A DNA stretch of 64,000 nt from an uncultured Clostridia bacterium (GTDB lineage Bacteria; Bacillota; Clostridia; Oscillospirales; Butyricicoccaceae), in assembly GCA_944375715.1 (NCBI GenBank), contig CALWAP010000004.1, forward strand, positions 10,970 through 74,969, written 5' to 3'. The translations under genes were made by a program, and so were the position numbers. Each line of letters opens with the position of its first letter. Position 1 is the stretch's first letter. Positions 1-10,769 of this stretch are shown piece after piece. The notes under the pieces were generated by a model. It made no database searches, was not told the DNA's origin, and saw only the letters and a program-made list of their open reading frames with translations.

Positions 1-496
1 AGTTTTGGAATACAGCCATGTAAAGGCGGCGCGGCAGCTGGCTTTAAGGGGACGGGTGTCTTCCTTCTGCGATATCGGCATGGGCTTTCGGATAAGGGTG
101 GGCTACGGCGCGCTTATCATCGAAAAAATTCCTCAGAAGAGGCATTTTGAACAAATCGAGCTTTCGCCGGGACAGACAGCGGTTTTCGGCGATTACGAGA
201 TAACGGTCGGGGGAAACAGCGGCACGGCTTTTGAGTTTGCACTTCTGGCCCCTCCGTTTTATGTCAGAACCAGAAGGCAGGGGGACGCTATTGCCATGCC
301 TTACGGCAGCAAAAGTGTGAAAAAATATCTCATAGATAAGAAAATTCCCGCTGAATATCGTGACAGCTTGCCTGTTATATGCGATAATAGCGGTATACTT
401 CTTTTGGCAGACCTTGAAAAAGACCGCCGAAGGTGTTATAAAAATAAAGGCGTTCGGTTTTATATAGAATGCAGGAGGAGAAATAATGATCAATGA
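1..496 (+). CDS. tilS: tRNA(Ile)-lysidine synthase TilS, C-terminal fragment (5' end outside window)
   Basis: ORF is open to the window edge. It has a TilS-like C-terminal segment (RTRRQGDAIAMPYGSKSVKKYLIDKKIP...LPVICD). It lies directly upstream of hpt-ftsH, the usual Firmicute order. Confidence 0.7.
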   Translation, partial: VLEYSHVKAARQLALRGRVSSFCDIGMGFRIRVGYGALIIEKIPQKRHFEQIELSPGQTAVFGDYEITVGGNSGTAFEFALLAPPFYVRTRRQGDAIAMPYGSKSVKKYLIDKKIPAEYRDSLPVICDNSGILLLADLEKDRRRCYKNKGVRFYIECRRRNNDQ

Positions 497-1037
497 TCTT
501 ATGAATGATGTCAGCCGTGTGCTCTGTACCCAGCAGCAGCTGAAAGCCGAGGTCAAGCGTTTGGGCATAGAGATATCAAGGGATTATGAGGGCCGTCAGC
601 CTATCCTGGTCAGCGTGCTCAAGGGCGCTTTTGTTTTCATGGCCGACCTTGTGCGTGAAATAACCGTTCCCTGCACCATTGATTTCATGTCGGTATCCAG
701 CTACGGTTCGTCTACCGAAAGCTCCGGCAGGGTTAAAATTATTAAGGATTTGGACACAAACATCGAAAACCGCGATGTTATAATCGTCGAGGATATTTTG
801 GACAGCGGCGTCACCCTTTCAAAGCTTATCGAGCTTTTGAAGTCGAGAAATCCCTCGTCCCTGGCGGTGTGTACCCTTTTTGACAAACCCGATCGGAGGA
901 AGGCGTATGTCGCCGTCGATTACCGCGGGATAACCGTTCCCGACGAGTTTGTCGTCGGATATGGGCTTGATTATGATGAGAAATACAGAAATCTGCCCGA
1001 TCTTTGTGTTTTAAAGCCCGAGATTTACACAAAATAG
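486..1037 (+). CDS. hpt: hypoxanthine phosphoribosyltransferase
   Basis: PRPP-binding motif VIIVEDILDSGVTL, a GYGLDY motif, and typical length (183 aa). GGAGGAG RBS; overlaps the tilS end. Confidence 0.93.
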   Translation: MINDLMNDVSRVLCTQQQLKAEVKRLGIEISRDYEGRQPILVSVLKGAFVFMADLVREITVPCTIDFMSVSSYGSSTESSGRVKIIKDLDTNIENRDVIIVEDILDSGVTLSKLIELLKSRNPSSLAVCTLFDKPDRRKAYVAVDYRGITVPDEFVVGYGLDYDEKYRNLPDLCVLKPEIYTK

Positions 1038-1069
1038 TCAGGGCTTGTATAAAGGAGTGAGAAACGGGT

Positions 1070-3112
1070 TTGAACAGACAGCAGAACAATAGAAATGTGA
1101 TTAAGTTTCCCGGAGGGATCGGGCTTTATGTGATACTGATAATGGTCATAATGGGCACGATAGGAGTTATGCTCGATTTTCCCGACCAGCAGGAGGCTTT
1201 GTCATACAGCGATGTAGTGGCCTGTTTTGAAAATGAACAGGTTGAAGCCTTTGTCATTGAAGGTACGACGCTGACGATGCAGCTCAAGGACAAGAGCGTT
1301 TTGGAGTATGAGCTTCCAAGCCTTGATGTGTTCTATTATGATTTGGGCGAAACGATAGCATACCAGCGCAGCGTCGGCATAATACAGATGCAGGATTTCC
1401 AGGTCGAGGAGATATCGTGGTTTTCGGCCTTCCTGCCCTATATAATCTTGGCGGCGCTTTTAGCGGCCTTCTGGTTCTTTGTGGTAAACAAGCAGGACGG
1501 CGGGGCCAGGGGGGCCATGAATTTCGGCAAGTCGAGGGCCAAGCTGGCTACCTCCGATATGATGAAAGTACTGTTTAAGGATGTAGCCGGGGCCGAGGAG
1601 GAGAAGGCTGACCTTCAGGAAGTCGTCGAGTTTCTCAAAAACCCTCAAAAATTCATGAGCCTGGGGGCCAGGATACCAAAGGGCGTGCTTTTGGTCGGCC
1701 CTCCGGGAACAGGTAAGACCCTTATAGCAAAGGCGGTGGCCGGGGAAGCGGGAGTACCTTTCTTCTCGATTTCCGGTTCGGATTTTGTCGAGCTTTATGT
1801 CGGCGTCGGCGCGTCCAGGGTCAGGGACCTTTTCAACGACGCCAAGAAAAACGCCCCCAGCATAGTGTTTATAGATGAGATAGACGCTGTCGGCAGACGC
1901 CGCGGAGCAGGCCTGGGCGGCGGACATGACGAGAGGGAGCAGACGCTGAACCAGCTGCTTGTTGAAATGGATGGATTCGGCAATAATGCCGGCGTAATAG
2001 TCCTGGCTGCTACTAACCGCGCCGATATACTCGATCCGGCGCTTTTGAGGCCCGGCAGGTTTGACAGGCAGATATATATCGGGCTGCCCGACATAAAAGG
2101 GCGCAGGGATATTTTAAAGGTCCATGCCAAGGGCAAGCCTTTTGAAAAGGATGTCAGCTTTGATGCCATTGCCTCCAAGACGGTGGGATTTACAGGCGCC
2201 GATCTGGAGAACCTTTTGAACGAGGCAGCGCTTTTGGCCGCCAGAGGCGACCGAAAGGCCATTTCGATGAAGGACCTCGATGACGCTTACCTTAAAATAA
2301 TAATGGGCAACGAGAAAAAGAGCCGCGTCATATCCGATCACGAGAAGAAACTGACGGCCTACCATGAGGCGGGCCATGCTCTGGTCACAAGACTGCTGCC
2401 TTCCCAGGACCCTATCCATCAGGTTTCGATAATCCCCCGCGGCAGGGCCGGCGGCTTTACTATGAGCCTGCCTAAAGAGGATAAATATTACGCCTCCAAA
2501 AATGAAATGCTTGATGAGCTGGTCGTTTTGCTGGGCGGCCGGGTGGCCGAAAAGCTGGTTTTGGATGATATATCGACGGGTGCTTCCAACGATATTGAAA
2601 GGGCCACCGAGATAGCCCGCGGCATGGTCACAAAATACGGCATGAGCGATAAAATAGGCCCCATTAGCTTCAATTCCAACGAGGAAGTGTTTTTGGGCAG
2701 GGATTTTGCCATGACCAAGAATATGTCGGATGCCACAGCCGCCATAATCGACGGCGAGGTAAAGCGCATCATAGACGAGGCATATGTCCGCTGTGAAAAG
2801 CTGATACGGGACAATATGTCCATGCTTGACAAGATAGCCAACGCCCTTTTGGAGCATGAGACTATCGGCGAAAAGCATTTTGAAGCCCTTTTCACCCAGG
2901 AGACGGTCGATTGGGATTCCATCAAGGAGGCCGGGCTTTTGGAAAAAGAAGAAACGCCTTCCGAAACTTCGGGCGGCGCGGATGCTTCCGGCGCTTCATC
3001 CTCCGGGATAAACCAGGAAAACAAAAAAATAAAGAAAAAGCCCGGCACAGGCCGGGCTTTTATTTTGATCCGAAGGAGGGGAAAGGATGGATATACCGAA
3101 GTATGCCCTTGA
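1070..3112 (+). CDS. ftsH: ATP-dependent zinc metalloprotease FtsH
   Basis: N-terminal TM helices, Walker A GPPGTGKT, Walker B VFIDEIDA and zinc site HEAGHA. TTG start. The last 27 codons run through a terminator hairpin and the cca RBS (see findings), so the 3' end is doubtful. Confidence 0.93.
   Translation: MNRQQNNRNVIKFPGGIGLYVILIMVIMGTIGVMLDFPDQQEALSYSDVVACFENEQVEAFVIEGTTLTMQLKDKSVLEYELPSLDVFYYDLGETIAYQRSVGIIQMQDFQVEEISWFSAFLPYIILAALLAAFWFFVVNKQDGGARGAMNFGKSRAKLATSDMMKVLFKDVAGAEEEKADLQEVVEFLKNPQKFMSLGARIPKGVLLVGPPGTGKTLIAKAVAGEAGVPFFSISGSDFVELYVGVGASRVRDLFNDAKKNAPSIVFIDEIDAVGRRRGAGLGGGHDEREQTLNQLLVEMDGFGNNAGVIVLAATNRADILDPALLRPGRFDRQIYIGLPDIKGRRDILKVHAKGKPFEKDVSFDAIASKTVGFTGADLENLLNEAALLAARGDRKAISMKDLDDAYLKIIMGNEKKSRVISDHEKKLTAYHEAGHALVTRLLPSQDPIHQVSIIPRGRAGGFTMSLPKEDKYYASKNEMLDELVVLLGGRVAEKLVLDDISTGASNDIERATEIARGMVTKYGMSDKIGPISFNSNEEVFLGRDFAMTKNMSDATAAIIDGEVKRIIDEAYVRCEKLIRDNMSMLDKIANALLEHETIGEKHFEALFTQETVDWDSIKEAGLLEKEETPSETSGGADASGASSSGINQENKKIKKKPGTGRAFILIRRRGKDGYTEVCP
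3035..3066 (+). terminator. Rho-independent terminator-like hairpin inside the annotated 3' end of ftsH
   Basis: AGCCCGGC-acag-GCCGGGCT stem flanked by an A run and TTTTATTTT. Confidence 0.7.
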
Positions 3113-4394
3113 TATCCTCAGAGGGCTGGAGGAAAACGGGCACGAGGCATATTTTGCCGGGGGATGTGTCAGAGATATGCTGTCCGGCAGGGAGCCTTAT
3201 GATTGGGACATAACGACTTCTGCGCTGCCTCAGGAGATAAAGTCCTGTTTCCCACGTTTAAAGGCCGTGGATACGGGGATAAAGCACGGCACGGTCACCA
3301 TTATTTCCGAGGGCAGAGGGGTGGAGGTGACGACATACCGCAGCGAAAGCGGGTACAAAGATCACCGCAGGCCCGATTCCGTATCATTTTCCCTTTCGGT
3401 TGAGAAGGACCTGGAAAGGCGGGACTTTACCGTCAATGCCATGGCATATAATCCACAAAGGGGATTTAAAGACCCTTTCGGCGGCCGAAATGACCTTGAA
3501 AAGGGTATCCTCAGGGCAGTGGGAGATCCTCGCATCAGGTTTAACGAGGATGCTTTGAGGATCCTGAGGGGCATCCGTTTCATGTCGCTTTTTGGTTACA
3601 GGGCAGAAAATGACACTTTCAGCCAGATGAAGGCCTGCTCATACCTTTTGAGGTATGTGTCGGGGGAGAGGGTATTGTCGGAGCTTATAAAGACAGTCAT
3701 GGGAGAGCATGTGCTTTTGGGGCTTATGGAAAGCGGCGGGATAATAGCTTCGGCCATACCGGAAATCGCACCGATGGTGGGCTTTGACCAGCGGAACCGT
3801 CACCATATATATGATGTATGGGAGCATACTGTCAGGGCCCTGGCCGCGTCCGAAAGGCAAAAGGATGTGCGCCTGGCCCTCTTGCTCCATGATATGGGAA
3901 AACCGGCCTCTTTTACACAGGACACTTCCGGAGAGGGCCACTATTATGGCCACGCCATGCTGAGTGCCGAGATGGCCGAAAGGGTGCTTTCGCGCCTTAA
4001 CTGCCCCAAGGCGCTGAAAAACGAGGCGGTTTGGCTGATAAGATATCACGATATATCCATACCGCCGACCAGGTCTGCTGCGGGGTATATGCTGGCCCTT
4101 TTCGGCAGGGAGCGCGCCCACAGGCTGCTGGAGGTGAAGATTGCCGATAACAGTGCCCACAGCCCCAGGTACGCCCAAAGGGCCGAGGACGCCAGGCAGC
4201 TTATGCACATGATACAGGACATGGAGAAAAGTGCTCCCTGCCTGGATAAAAATGGTCTTGATATAAAAGCTTCCCAGCTGGAGAAAATGGGGTACAGAGG
4301 GAGCATGATAGCAAAAGCTCTTGACAGCCTGCTGGCCGCTGTTATATGCTCGGCCTGCGAGAATGAAAGCGAGAAGCTGACGGCTTATCTGAAG

Positions 4395-6436
<2,042 letters not shown>

Positions 6437-6539
6437 TTATGGAGGGGCTCAATAACAGTATATGCAGGCTTTTTTGGGGTGACACGGGCGCTTTCGAACG
6501 GTGATACGGAATTGTAACCGAAAGAACAGGGTTTTTTAA

Positions 6540-6568
6540 TTGAAAAAAGAGCGTGATTTTGTTATCAT
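6540..6568 (+). promoter_or_regulatory. sigma-A-type promoter candidate for the CapA-family gene
   Basis: TTGAAA, 17 nt, TATCAT, with an upstream TGt (extended -10). Confidence 0.5.
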
Positions 6569-6604
6569 ACTAATGTACGCAAAAACGCGGAAGGAGTGCA
6601 GACA

Positions 6605-7753
6605 ATGAAAAGACTTATTGCCTTTTTGGCTGTTTTTGCCATGCTGGCCGGCTGTGGAGGCGGCAGGGATAATTTGGAAGAAACCCCTGATCTGCAGCCC
6701 GATATGAATGAGAATGCTGATAATAACGGCCAGCCTTACGATGAAGTTTCTCAGGAGAATATATTTCTTACTCTGACTGCAGTTGGGGATAACCTTATAC
6801 ACAATACACTTTCTTTTGACAGCCGCATTGAGACCGGATACGATTTTTCCCATATATATTCCAGAATACAGCCGCTTATTTCGCAAAGCGATATTGCCAT
6901 TGTCAATCAGGAAGTGCCTCTGGACGGTACTGTCGGTTCATACCCCACGCTGAGCGCCCCTACCGAGGTGGCCTATGCTCTGGCATGGTGCGGTTTTGAT
7001 GTGGCTTCCCTGGCCAACAACCATATGTCCGATAAAGGGGCATCTGGAGTTGTTTCCACTATAAACGCCCTGCAGAATGCCGGACTGACGGTGGTGGGAG
7101 CCTCTGACGGTTCATGCGAATCATGGACAGTTATCGAAAGAGAAGGCGTAAAGACAGGTTTTCTTTCATATACCTATGGTCTTAATTCGGGCCTGGGGAG
7201 CAGCGAAGTTTCTGTAAACACGATAGATATGGATTCTATAAAAAACGATATTGAAAAGATACGGCCGATGTGTGACTTCCTGGCGGTAGCGATGCATTGG
7301 GGTACGGAATACAGCCAGACCCCGTCAGACAGCCAGCGGGAGTACGCCTCCTTTCTGGCGCAGTGGGGAGCAGACCTTATAATAGGCCATCATCCCCATG
7401 TGTTGCAGCCTGCAGAATGGATAGATAACGGCAGGGGAGGAGAGACCCTTTGTATATACTCGCTGGGGAATTTTGTTTCGGGCCAAAGGGAACAGGACCG
7501 CATGCTGGGCGGCATTTTGACATTAAAGCTGGAGTTTGCGCCCGACCACAGCTTTATTGGATTTTCCGATGCGGACATCGAAGGGGCGGTAACCCATTTT
7601 ACATATGGGGACAAGCAGTTTGAAATATATCCTTTAAGCGAATATACCGAGGAGCTGGCGGCGGTACACGGGCTGCACAAATATGGGCTCCCCTTTAGCT
7701 GCGGATATCTTACTGAGAGAATGGAAGGCATAAAGGAGTCACTTTTGAGATGA
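6605..7753 (+). CDS. CapA-family (PGA_cap, metallophosphatase-like) lipoprotein
   Basis: Lipobox LAGC after a signal peptide. Motifs AVGDNLIH, LANNHMSD and IIGHHPHVLQP. AAGGAG RBS 8 nt before the ATG at 6605 (the ORF track starts at GTG 6596). Confidence 0.75.
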   Translation: MKRLIAFLAVFAMLAGCGGGRDNLEETPDLQPDMNENADNNGQPYDEVSQENIFLTLTAVGDNLIHNTLSFDSRIETGYDFSHIYSRIQPLISQSDIAIVNQEVPLDGTVGSYPTLSAPTEVAYALAWCGFDVASLANNHMSDKGASGVVSTINALQNAGLTVVGASDGSCESWTVIEREGVKTGFLSYTYGLNSGLGSSEVSVNTIDMDSIKNDIEKIRPMCDFLAVAMHWGTEYSQTPSDSQREYASFLAQWGADLIIGHHPHVLQPAEWIDNGRGGETLCIYSLGNFVSGQREQDRMLGGILTLKLEFAPDHSFIGFSDADIEGAVTHFTYGDKQFEIYPLSEYTEELAAVHGLHKYGLPFSCGYLTERMEGIKESLLR

Positions 7754-8733
7754 TCTTCTGCGGCGATATACAAGTGGAAAGCAGATTTTTTTTAGCTCCC
7801 ATGGCAGGTGTCACAGACCTTGCGTTTCGCAGCGTGTGCGCTGAAATGGGGGCGGCGCTTACCTATACCGAAATGGTCAGCGCCAAAGCTTTGACATATA
7901 ATGACGCCAAAAGCCGCGGCATGCTTGTGCTGCGCGAGGGGGATGTTGTGTGCATACCCCAGATATTCGGCAGCGACCCCGATGTCATGGCCGAGGGGGC
8001 GAGAATAGCGCTGGAGGTGTCGAAAGCTCCGGCCATAGATATAAATATGGGCTGCCCCGTTTCGAAAATAACCGGTAACGGCGAAGGAAGCGCCCTTATG
8101 CGCGACATGCACAGGGCCGAAAATATAATAAAGGCTGTTAAAAGAGCGGTACATGTGCCCGTCACCGTGAAATTCCGCAAGGGATATGAAAGCGGCGGCT
8201 TCACCTGCGTCGAGTTTGCAAAGATGGCAGAGCAGGCCGGGGCCGACGCCATGTGCGTCCACGGCAGGACAAAGACGCAGATGTATTCGGGCCTTTCCGA
8301 CCCTTATGCCATTGAGGCGGTCAAAAAGGCGGTATCGGTTCCTGTTATCGCGTCGGGCGATGCGCTGTCGGCCGAAAAATGCTTGCATATCCTTGATGTG
8401 ACGGGCGCAGATTTTATAATGATAGCCAGGGGGGCCGAAGGCAACCCATTTATTTTTGAAGATTGCCTGGCTCTTGCTTCGGGATTTAGGGTGGAAGAAA
8501 GAAGTGTAAGCGATATCCTTTCCGTAATGCTGCGCCATGCGCGGTATGCCTGCCGTTTCAAGGGAGAAAGTAAGGCAATGACCGAATTTCGAAAGCATGG
8601 GCTTTGGTATCTGAACAGGCTTTCGGGGGTGAAGGCTTTTAAGGTCAAAATGTCAGGAATTTCGGATTATGCAGGTCTTGAAGAACTTTGTTTGGAAATA
8701 GGCGCGTCAAACGCCCGGGTAAAGGAGGCATAG
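7750..8733 (+). CDS. dusB: tRNA-dihydrouridine synthase
   Basis: LAPMAGVTD and DINMGCP motifs; Dus family length. Confidence 0.88.
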   Translation: MIFCGDIQVESRFFLAPMAGVTDLAFRSVCAEMGAALTYTEMVSAKALTYNDAKSRGMLVLREGDVVCIPQIFGSDPDVMAEGARIALEVSKAPAIDINMGCPVSKITGNGEGSALMRDMHRAENIIKAVKRAVHVPVTVKFRKGYESGGFTCVEFAKMAEQAGADAMCVHGRTKTQMYSGLSDPYAIEAVKKAVSVPVIASGDALSAEKCLHILDVTGADFIMIARGAEGNPFIFEDCLALASGFRVEERSVSDILSVMLRHARYACRFKGESKAMTEFRKHGLWYLNRLSGVKAFKVKMSGISDYAGLEELCLEIGASNARVKEA

Positions 8734-8739
8734 GTCGCC

Positions 8740-9330
8740 ATGAAGGATAAAGAGCTGGTTAAAAAGGCCAAATCCGGTGACCGTGAGGCTTTTGAGCAGC
8801 TTGTTACGGAATATGAAAAAAAGGTATATGCCACGGCATATCGTTTTATGGGCAGTGAGGCCGACGCTATGGATATGTCGCAGGAGGTTTTTATCAGAGT
8901 GTTCCGCTTCCTGAACAAATTCAATGAGGAGAGCAGCTTTTCCACATGGCTTTACAGGATAACGGTCAATGTCTGCAAGGACGGGATTAAAAAACGTTCA
9001 GGCAGGAGCGAGCTGCCGCTGGAGATACCCGATGAGGATAATGACACCTATGTAAATGAGATAAGCGATACCCGTTATGATCCTTCCGAGCTTTATGAGA
9101 TGACGGAACTTAAGCGGGAGATCAAGCAGGGGATAGATGCTCTGCCTCAGAATTACAGGGAAATAATAATCATGAGGGATATATGCGGCCTGACATATGA
9201 GGAGATATCCCGCAGCCTGGAGCTGGAGATTGGCACCGTAAAGTCCAGAATATCCAGGGCTAGGGAGAGGCTGCGAAAATATTTATTACAAAACGGGAAC
9301 AAACCGACCGCCTTTCGGTCTAATGATTGA
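8740..9330 (+). CDS. ECF-type RNA polymerase sigma factor
   Basis: Sigma-70 region 2 (FSTWLYRITVN) and region 4 HTH (LTYEEISRSLELEIGTVKSRISRAR). Confidence 0.88.
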   Translation: MKDKELVKKAKSGDREAFEQLVTEYEKKVYATAYRFMGSEADAMDMSQEVFIRVFRFLNKFNEESSFSTWLYRITVNVCKDGIKKRSGRSELPLEIPDEDNDTYVNEISDTRYDPSELYEMTELKREIKQGIDALPQNYREIIIMRDICGLTYEEISRSLELEIGTVKSRISRARERLRKYLLQNGNKPTAFRSND

Positions 9331-9343
9331 AAGGAAGATAGCT

Positions 9344-10201
9344 ATGAAGGTTTGTCAAGGCAACGATGTGCTCATCAGCATGTATCTTGACGGCGAACTT
9401 GAGGGGGAGGAAAGGGATCGGCTTGTCCGGCATATGGAATCCTGCGAGGCCTGCCGTGAATATTACAGGCAGATGTGCATGGTGCAGCGAAGCATCGGTA
9501 TAGTGGATATACCTCCGGGGCTTCATGAAAATATTATGAAGTCGGTTGAAAAGGAAAGGCTTAAAGGCCTTGGACGCAGACGGAGAAAGTTTTTTGCCGC
9601 TGCGGTCGCAGCAGCCGCGGGGTTGTTTTTGTGTTTTTCGGCCTTTACGGGCAGTCTGCCTTTTATGAAACAGACATCTTTGGGGACAGAGCAGGAAGGC
9701 TCTGAAATGGCAGAGCTCAAGTTGGCCGACAGCGGCGAGGGAGTGAGCGTCAGCACCTATGATGCAAATTCATCCGAAAGATCGGCGGGCGCCTCTTCGG
9801 ACCAGACAGCCATGACGATTGAAAGCCAGATGGCTTGGTTTTCCGAAAATGAAGGTGATATGGCTGTTGTGGAAAATTACGCTGAGGATTCGGCCGGGCA
9901 GATGGAGAATCTGGCGGAATATATTTCAGATTCCCTTAACGGCAGCGCCGATGGGTTTGGGTATTACCTGATAACCGAAGGAAAAACTGACAATGTACCA
10001 GAGAGCGTGGCCAGCAATCTGACGGATATTAAAGCGGGAAGCTTGATTTTTATAAAGACGACCAATAGCCTTCAGGCAAAACAGGACATATATTGCAGTA
10101 TGTCAGAGAATGGGTTTGAGATCTATGAGGACTCCGAAGGAGAGTATTTTGCCATAGACGAGACGGCTGAAAACGGTCTGCTGATAATTGAATTGGAATA
10201 A
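9344..10201 (+). CDS. anti-sigma factor (zf-HC2) with one TM helix and an acidic extracytoplasmic domain
   Basis: H-x3-C-x2-C motif (HMESCEAC) and TM helix FFAAAVAAAAGLFLCF. Directly follows the sigma gene. AAAGGAAG RBS before the ATG at 9344. Confidence 0.75.
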   Translation: MKVCQGNDVLISMYLDGELEGEERDRLVRHMESCEACREYYRQMCMVQRSIGIVDIPPGLHENIMKSVEKERLKGLGRRRRKFFAAAVAAAAGLFLCFSAFTGSLPFMKQTSLGTEQEGSEMAELKLADSGEGVSVSTYDANSSERSAGASSDQTAMTIESQMAWFSENEGDMAVVENYAEDSAGQMENLAEYISDSLNGSADGFGYYLITEGKTDNVPESVASNLTDIKAGSLIFIKTTNSLQAKQDIYCSMSENGFEIYEDSEGEYFAIDETAENGLLIIELE

Positions 10202-10223
10202 TGATTCCTTTATATATAGCGAT

Positions 10224-10251
10224 AAGGGGGGCGTATGCTCCCCTTTGTTTT
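10224..10251 (+). terminator. terminator hairpin after the anti-sigma gene
   Basis: AAGGGGGGC-gtat-GCTCCCCTT (one G-U pair), followed by TGTTTT. Confidence 0.55.
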
Positions 10252-10585
10252 AACTGAGCAGATCTTCCAAAAGCATGGCCAGCTGTTCTGAAGAGTCAAG
10301 CTCTATGCCCTTGGCCAGCGCCTCTCTATCAGCCTTGGGCAGGGAGGCTACTTCTCCCGATGTCAGTTTTAAAAGCTGGCCGTCGGAACTGTAAACTGCT
10401 ATTTTGCCCATGTATTCTCTGACAGTATAAAGCCCGGAGGCTTTTTTATCCCCGGTGTTTTTGCTTTCAAAAGCCGGTGAGACCTGCAAGGGTGCGGATG
10501 ATGGTTCATTTACCGAAAAAAGCGCGGCCGAGGACATTATGACGGCTGCCAAAGGCGGAGCAATATACTTTATTATCTTTTTCAC
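10250..10585 (-). CDS. small secreted protein, BofC C-terminal-domain-like
   Basis: Signal/TM N-terminus, then YTVREYMGKIAVYSSDG...LPKADREALAKGIEL...LLEDL. I recognise this pattern from BofC_C-type proteins; this is recollection only. Confidence 0.45.
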   Translation of the reverse strand: MKKIIKYIAPPLAAVIMSSAALFSVNEPSSAPLQVSPAFESKNTGDKKASGLYTVREYMGKIAVYSSDGQLLKLTSGEVASLPKADREALAKGIELDSSEQLAMLLEDLLS

Positions 10586-10671
10586 AGAAACAGCACCTCT
10601 TTTTGGCAGTATTTTTCCCGGAAAGGCGGTTTTTATGCTGCCCTTGGACTTTTTAGGCCACCCAAAAGATT

Positions 10672-10700
10672 TTGCAAATTTATATAAAGCGTGGTATACT
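10672..10700 (+). promoter_or_regulatory. sigma-A-type promoter candidate for the class A PBP gene
   Basis: TTGCAA, 17 nt, TATACT, with TGg (extended -10). Confidence 0.55.
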
Positions 10701-10769
10701 ACATAGGTATAGCGTATGACATTTTACGACCCACAGGGTGTTAAAAGCCTGGCGTAAAGGAGAAGCAAA

